This document shows, piece after piece, positions 47,601 through 47,931 of a DNA stretch of 47,931 bases. Numbering within the stretch: the first letter of the stretch is position 1; every line of letters starts with the position of its first letter. Position numbers and translations under genes: made by a program. Source of the DNA: Candidatus Levyibacteriota bacterium (lineage in GTDB: Bacteria > Patescibacteriota > Microgenomatia > Levybacterales > UBA12049); the NCBI GenBank assembly GCA_009695045.1, contig SIBS01000004.1, positions 1 to 47,931 on the forward strand. Direction: 5' to 3'. The notes under the pieces were generated by a model. It had not been told where the DNA came from, did not search any database, and worked only from the letters and a program-made list of their open reading frames with translations.

Positions 47601-47931
47601 TACCTGCTAGCAATGGTTCTTTTGGACCATGGGTTATTAATGGTAATCTATTATCTACTACCAATCCATCATTTGATCTTTTAATTGGAGGTAGTGCCAG
47701 TAACTCTGCTTCATTTCAAATATTTGCAGGGACTGATATTGGTATAAATGCTAGAGCTGGTGATGCTTCTACTTCTGGATCACTTGTATTTAATGGAGCA
47801 GCATCACCTACTATTGATATATTAAATAATCAAAGATTAGATTTTCAAACTTCTAGTGGTGGAGATACTGGTCTTACTGCTAGATTGTCTATTCTTGGGA
47901 ATGGAAATGTTGGGATAGGGACTACTGCTCC
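44690..47931 (+). CDS. Giant surface fibre protein (3' partial): two integrase core-binding/SAM-like domains, TM helix, GNVGIG-repeat extracellular region
   Basis: Not in the ORF track because it has no stop in the window. SD AAGGAGG (44678-84), ATG 44690, frame open for 1080 codons to the window end. SAM-like units FKKYL..SRATIKNYLADVGQF..SSIDRHISSLRKF and FKDYL..SPLTIKNYIADVRQF..SINRKLSSNRKY; TM FAILVIVMSALGFGFY; LSFQGRLTD domain; seven GNVGIG/NNVGIG units. Confidence 0.88.
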   Translation, partial: MSLLEKFKKYLQDQTTPASRATIKNYLADVGQFIKWCEDKFGYFSPKDINYVTISTYKKIKNDSGISLSSIDRHISSLRKFHTFLSISSHDIESNPFVDPISNFNNIVPTDKWSIKKFKDYLYACNSSPLTIKNYIADVRQFTNWIESHMAKNGQGIWTENLLEKIDNSLLQKYKDNLINSNISALSINRKLSSNRKYTGWAQDKGLMHFQSEIINIKKPTSQYSIPKNNNDLSSNVNMIKTNNSLYSNNDNRLKIKYSILPPIRLLQKIWNGILWILDEIFTGHIIDIIENIDYLLWKSNGKRIFVNTKKISKNIINNISSNKKLTIANISKYDYSHHEISTTSMPLHFKILHHLRNTRPNWYHKYHSYSISHYLHFAILVIVMSALGFGFYQKFIQETGTKSIALAGPISPNRVLSFQGRLTDSNDIPITSQKKLRFSIYSNETSTAAAAIEPFLWQELRIATPDADGIFSVLLGSNPTGGPTGLCGDFPATTPCGIKQSIFGDHDLLWLGVSVENDSELTPRQQIATVAFATNSELLQGLPPTIDTAWISNNTNTNAILALNSSGTLSIGGASGSKTTFQANGKYTLTGRVLSINTTAGTDTNIEITPDGIGKIDVQKPLQNSTSSNNILSSIGSVEIDDTFSVLATSSGIPAATINQNGSGDIFTASSSGNTKFTITNSGNVGIGSVMPGYKLDVTGDINVSGGFKVNGVSFTGSSQWTTNLNNSIYFNTGNVGIGTTAPIGLLHVSGSVGGNSIGIINNEGSVGDIFTASSSGNTKFTITNFGNVGIGSITPNAKLQIVGSDTSNSIFAANIGGSTGTGLIVTNSGNVGIGSVTPGYKLDVTGDINVSGGFKVNGSSFGNQWITSVNTISNSNSGNVGIGSITPNAKLQIFGDDALNTSFAANIGGNNALETGLVVTNLNNVGIGTTVPFFKLDIDGDIGPSSDNAYNIGSSSLRWGTIYANSVNIPASNGSFGPWVINGNLLSTTNPSFDLLIGGSASNSASFQIFAGTDIGINARAGDASTSGSLVFNGAASPTIDILNNQRLDFQTSSGGDTGLTARLSILGNGNVGIGTTA
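46682..47374 (+). repeat. Near-identical intragenic DNA modules in the fibre gene
   Basis: 46682-46736 vs 46994-47048 (55 nt, 1 mismatch); 46754-46827 vs 47195-47268 (74 nt, 1 mismatch); 47050-47098 vs 47326-47374 (49 nt, identical). Confidence 0.9.

Noticed and set aside
1-47931. Alternative genetic code (TGA=Gly code 25, or TAG recoding)
   Set aside because: Recognisable genes end at TGA (PAP2, GT4 18236, MBL) and TAG (sortase, argS, mreB) at expected lengths, and core genes are uninterrupted.

Overview
AT-rich bacterial chromosomal segment read with the standard code 11 (TGA acts as stop). Gene content and style suggest a Patescibacteria/CPR genome, probably Microgenomates; this is inferred from the split comEC, extended NusG/L1 N-termini, the mreB/PEGA/sortase block and the scarcity of SD sites. 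Core genes: secE-nusG-rplK-rplA, rplJ-rplL with an L10-leader attenuator, mreB, ndk, argS, leuS, comEA-comEC, tRNA-Arg(CCT), sugar-nucleotide/glycosyltransferase genes (galU, GalT-like, two GT4, WecB/TagA, PAP2), DsbA-VKOR and a sortase. Main points of interest: (1) a >1080-codon ORF missing from the ORF track (44690 to window end) that fuses two tyrosine-recombinase core-binding (SAM-like) domains with no catalytic domain, one TM helix and an extracellular GNVGIG-repeat fibre built from near-identical DNA modules, with a 13-7-13 inverted repeat upstream; (2) an adjacent WxL/DUF916-like cluster of two secreted subunit plus membrane-anchored partner pairs; (3) three large orphan proteins with toxin-like domains (RelE/ParE-like, RelA/SpoT-like, possibly ADP-ribosyltransferase-like); (4) an orphan PurD-like ATP-grasp gene paired with an HExxE protein; (5) widespread leaderless-type promoters and several decaying genes. 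All family assignments come from motif recognition by eye, not database searches.
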